From: Eledone cirrhosa
Lineage: Eukaryota
Assembly: GCA_964016885.1 (NCBI GenBank)
Contig: CAXHJY010000871.1
Coordinates: 26,939-90,938, forward strand
Direction of reading: 5' to 3'
DNA length: 64,000 nt
Positions 62,170 through 64,000 of the stretch are shown piece after piece. The notes under the pieces were generated by a model, which had not been told where the DNA came from, did no database searches, and worked only from the letters and a program-made list of their open reading frames with translations. The position numbers and the translations under genes were made by a program. The number at the start of each line of letters is the position of its first letter. Positions within the stretch are counted from its first letter, which is position 1.

Positions 62170-64000
62170 TCAAGGGGAGATAATTTGCAGCCGTCCAAGG
62201 GGAGATAATTTTCAGTTGTCCAAGGAGAGGTAATTTCTAGCCGTCCAAGGGGAGATAATTTCCAGCCGTCCAAGGGGAGATAATTTCCAGCCGTCCAAGG
62301 GGAGATAATTTGTAAAAAAAATCAGGGGGAGATAATTTGTAAAAAAAATCGGGGGGGATAATTTGTAAAAAAAAATCAGGGGGAGATAATTTGTAAAAAA
62401 AATCAAGCAGAGATAATTTCCAGCCGTCCAAGGGAAGATAATTTCCAGCCCTCCAAGGGGCTATAATTTCCAGTGTCCAAGGGGAGATAATTTCCAGCCA
62501 GCAAAGGGGAGATAATTTTTTTTAAAAAATCAGGGGGAGATTTGTAAAAAAAATCAGGGGGAGATAATTTCCAGCCGTCTAAAGAGAGATAATTTCTAGC
62601 CGTCCAAGGGGAGATAATTTCGAGCCTAGGGGAGATAATTTCCAGCCGTCCAAGGGGAGATAATTTTTTAAAAAATCAGGTGGAGATAATTTGTAAAAAA
62701 AATCAGGGGGAGATAATTTGTAAAAACAAAATCAAGGGCAGATAATTTCCAGCTGTCCAAGGGGAGATAATTTCCAGCCGTCCAAGGGGAGATAATTTCC
62801 AGCCGTCCAAGGGGAGATAATTTCCATCCTTCCAAGAGGATATAATTTCCAGCCGTCCAAGGGGAGATAATTTCCCGCCAGCCAAGGGAAGATAATTTTT
62901 AAAAAAATCAGGCGGAGATTGTAATAAAAATCAGGGGGGAGATAATTTGTAAAAAAATCAGGGGGAGATAATTTGTAAAAAAAAATCAGGGGGAGATAAT
63001 TTGTAAAAAAAAATCAGGGGGAGATAATTTGTAAAAAAAAATCAGGGGGAGATAATTTGTAAAAAAAATTAGGCGTAGATAATTTGTAAAAAAAAATCAG
63101 GGGGAGATAATTTGTAAGAAAAAATCAGGGGGAGATAATTTGTTAAAAAAATCAAGGGGAGATAATTTGCAGCCGTCCAAGGGGAGATAATTTTCAGCCG
63201 TCCAAGGAGAGGTAATTTCTAGCCGTCCAAGGGGAGATAATTTCCAGCCGTCCAAGGGGAGATAATTTCCAGCCGTCCAAGGGGAGATAATTTTAAAAAA
63301 AAAATCAGGCGGAGATAATTTGTAAAAAAAATCAGGGGGAGATAATTCGTAAAAAAAAATCAGGGGGAGATAATTTGTAAAAAAAATCAGGGGGAGATAA
63401 TTTGTAAAAAAAAATCAAGGGGAGATAATTTCCAGCCGTCCAAGGGTGGTAATATCTAGCCGTCCAAGGGGAGATAATTTCCAGCCGTCCAAGGGGAGAT
63501 AATTTCCAGCCGTCCAAGGGGAGATAATTTCCAGCCGTCCAAGGAGACATATTATCCAGCCGTCCAAGGCGAGGTAATTTCTAGCCGTCCAAGGGGAGAT
63601 AAATTCCAGCCTCCAAGGGGAGATAATTTCCAGCCAGCCAAGGGGAGATAATTTGTAAAAAAATCAGGGGGAGATAATTTGTAAAAAATATCAGGGGGAG
63701 ATAATTTGTAAATAAAAATCAGGGGGAGATAATTTGTAAAAAAAAATCAGGGGGAGATAATTTGTAAAAAAAAATCAAGGGGAGATAATTTCCAGCCGTC
63801 CAAGGGGAGATAATTTTCAGCCGTCCAAGGAGAGGTAATTTCTAGCCGTCCAAGGGGAGATAAATTCCAGCCTCCAAGGGGAGATAATTTCCAGCCAGCC
63901 AAGGGGAGATAATTTGTAAAAAAATCAGGGGGAGATAATTTGTAAAAAATATCAGGGGGAGATAATTTGTAAATAAAAATCAGGGGGAGATAATTTGTAA

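Larger units (their letters stand above)
45170..63590 (+). repeat. Direct duplication of a ~6-kb block (about 45170-51190, recopied at about 58020-63590) with deletions in the second copy
   Basis: The offset steps down from 12846 (45349/58195, 47559/60405) to 12432 (48887/61319), 12430 (49782/62212) and 12403 (50300/62703, 50929/63332). Both copies carry CCTAGG (50222/62625) and the core-less A-tract patch. Confidence 0.9.
1..64000 (+). repeat. Satellite DNA array of two related monomers (25-bp type A and 26-29-bp type B) sharing the core GGGGAGATAATTT; probably extends beyond both window edges
   Basis: Seen directly: the core recurs every 25-29 bp from base 1 to 64000 in one orientation. 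The tail is either CCAGCCGTC (A) or GT+A7-10+T (B). There is no unique sequence; the only core-free gaps are two ~120-bp A-tract patches. Confidence 0.99.

Noticed and set aside
14-63550. All minus-strand ORFs (60-260 aa), e.g. 17713-18495, 27105-27887, 9569-10303, 57094-57696
   Set aside because: They are translations of the repeat. The 25-bp unit cycles through three frames giving GRLEIISPWTAGNYLPLDGWKLSPL, and 27-bp B units give FFYKLSPPD. They overlap in all frames, mostly use non-ATG starts and are broken at random by A-tract length changes. They show no domain or frame preservation.
1-64000. CRISPR-like repeat-spacer appearance (constant core plus variable segment)
   Set aside because: The constant part is only ~13-16 bp and non-palindromic. 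The variable parts are ~9-13 bp of just two types, not unique ~30-bp spacers. No cas genes or leader are present.
1-64000. Yeast-type long telomeric repeat (minus-strand unit ACGGCTGGAAATTATCTCCCCTTGG loosely resembles 23-25 bp Candida/Kluyveromyces repeats)
   Set aside because: It lacks the GGTGT core typical of those repeats. The array is far longer than yeast telomeres and has two monomer types with kb-scale duplications, which points to recombinational amplification and not telomerase synthesis.
1-64000. Canonical G-quadruplex array from G4-G5 runs
   Set aside because: Loops between G-runs are ~21-23 nt, far beyond the usual 1-7 nt. Stable intramolecular G4 is not supported from sequence alone.
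1-64000. Plasmid or phage iterons, or repeated Shine-Dalgarno sites (GGAG/GGAGG)
   Set aside because: There are thousands of copies with no rep gene, no downstream plus-strand ORFs and no prokaryotic gene context. The GGAG match is incidental to the core.
1-64000. Whole array as a sequencing or synthetic artefact
   Set aside because: Variants are hierarchically shared between distant copies, and homopolymer lengths are reproduced across duplicates. This is expected of an evolved satellite and not of random error. Copy number of individual near-identical blocks remains unverified.
1-64000. Definite centromere call
   Set aside because: The layered higher-order structure is compatible with centromeric satellite. 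However, centromere identity needs CENH3/CENP-A or cytological data, and I recognise no CENP-B box or known centromeric monomer.

Overview
The whole 64 kb window is one uninterrupted head-to-tail satellite (tandem repeat) array with roughly 2,400-2,500 monomers (64,000 / ~26 bp), all in the same orientation. I find no credible gene, RNA gene, CRISPR array or transposon body. Two monomer types share an almost invariant 13-bp core, GGGGAGATAATTT. Type A is 25 bp (CAAGGGGAGATAATTTCCAGCCGTC, ~52% GC). Type B is 26-29 bp (CAGGGGGAGATAATTTGT-A7-10-T, ~30% GC). They alternate in short runs. Point-variant monomers recur in fixed order, forming cassettes a few hundred bp long. These cassettes are re-amplified as nested higher-order duplications with offsets of about 0.89, 3.1-3.25, 5.3, 9.39, 12.4-12.8 and 27-33 kb. 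All listed ORFs are minus-strand read-throughs of the repeat and are not called as CDS. The most notable observations are the two-state junction rule and its rare violations, which mark crossovers inside the core; a newly derived core-less 12-15 bp A-tract repeat present twice; a template-switch patch at ~57.35 kb; and a nearly perfect 9.39-kb tandem duplication. The architecture suggests eukaryotic (peri)centromeric or heterochromatic satellite, but organism and function cannot be established from this window. Duplication boundaries were estimated by eye and from offsets of identical translations, so they are approximate.
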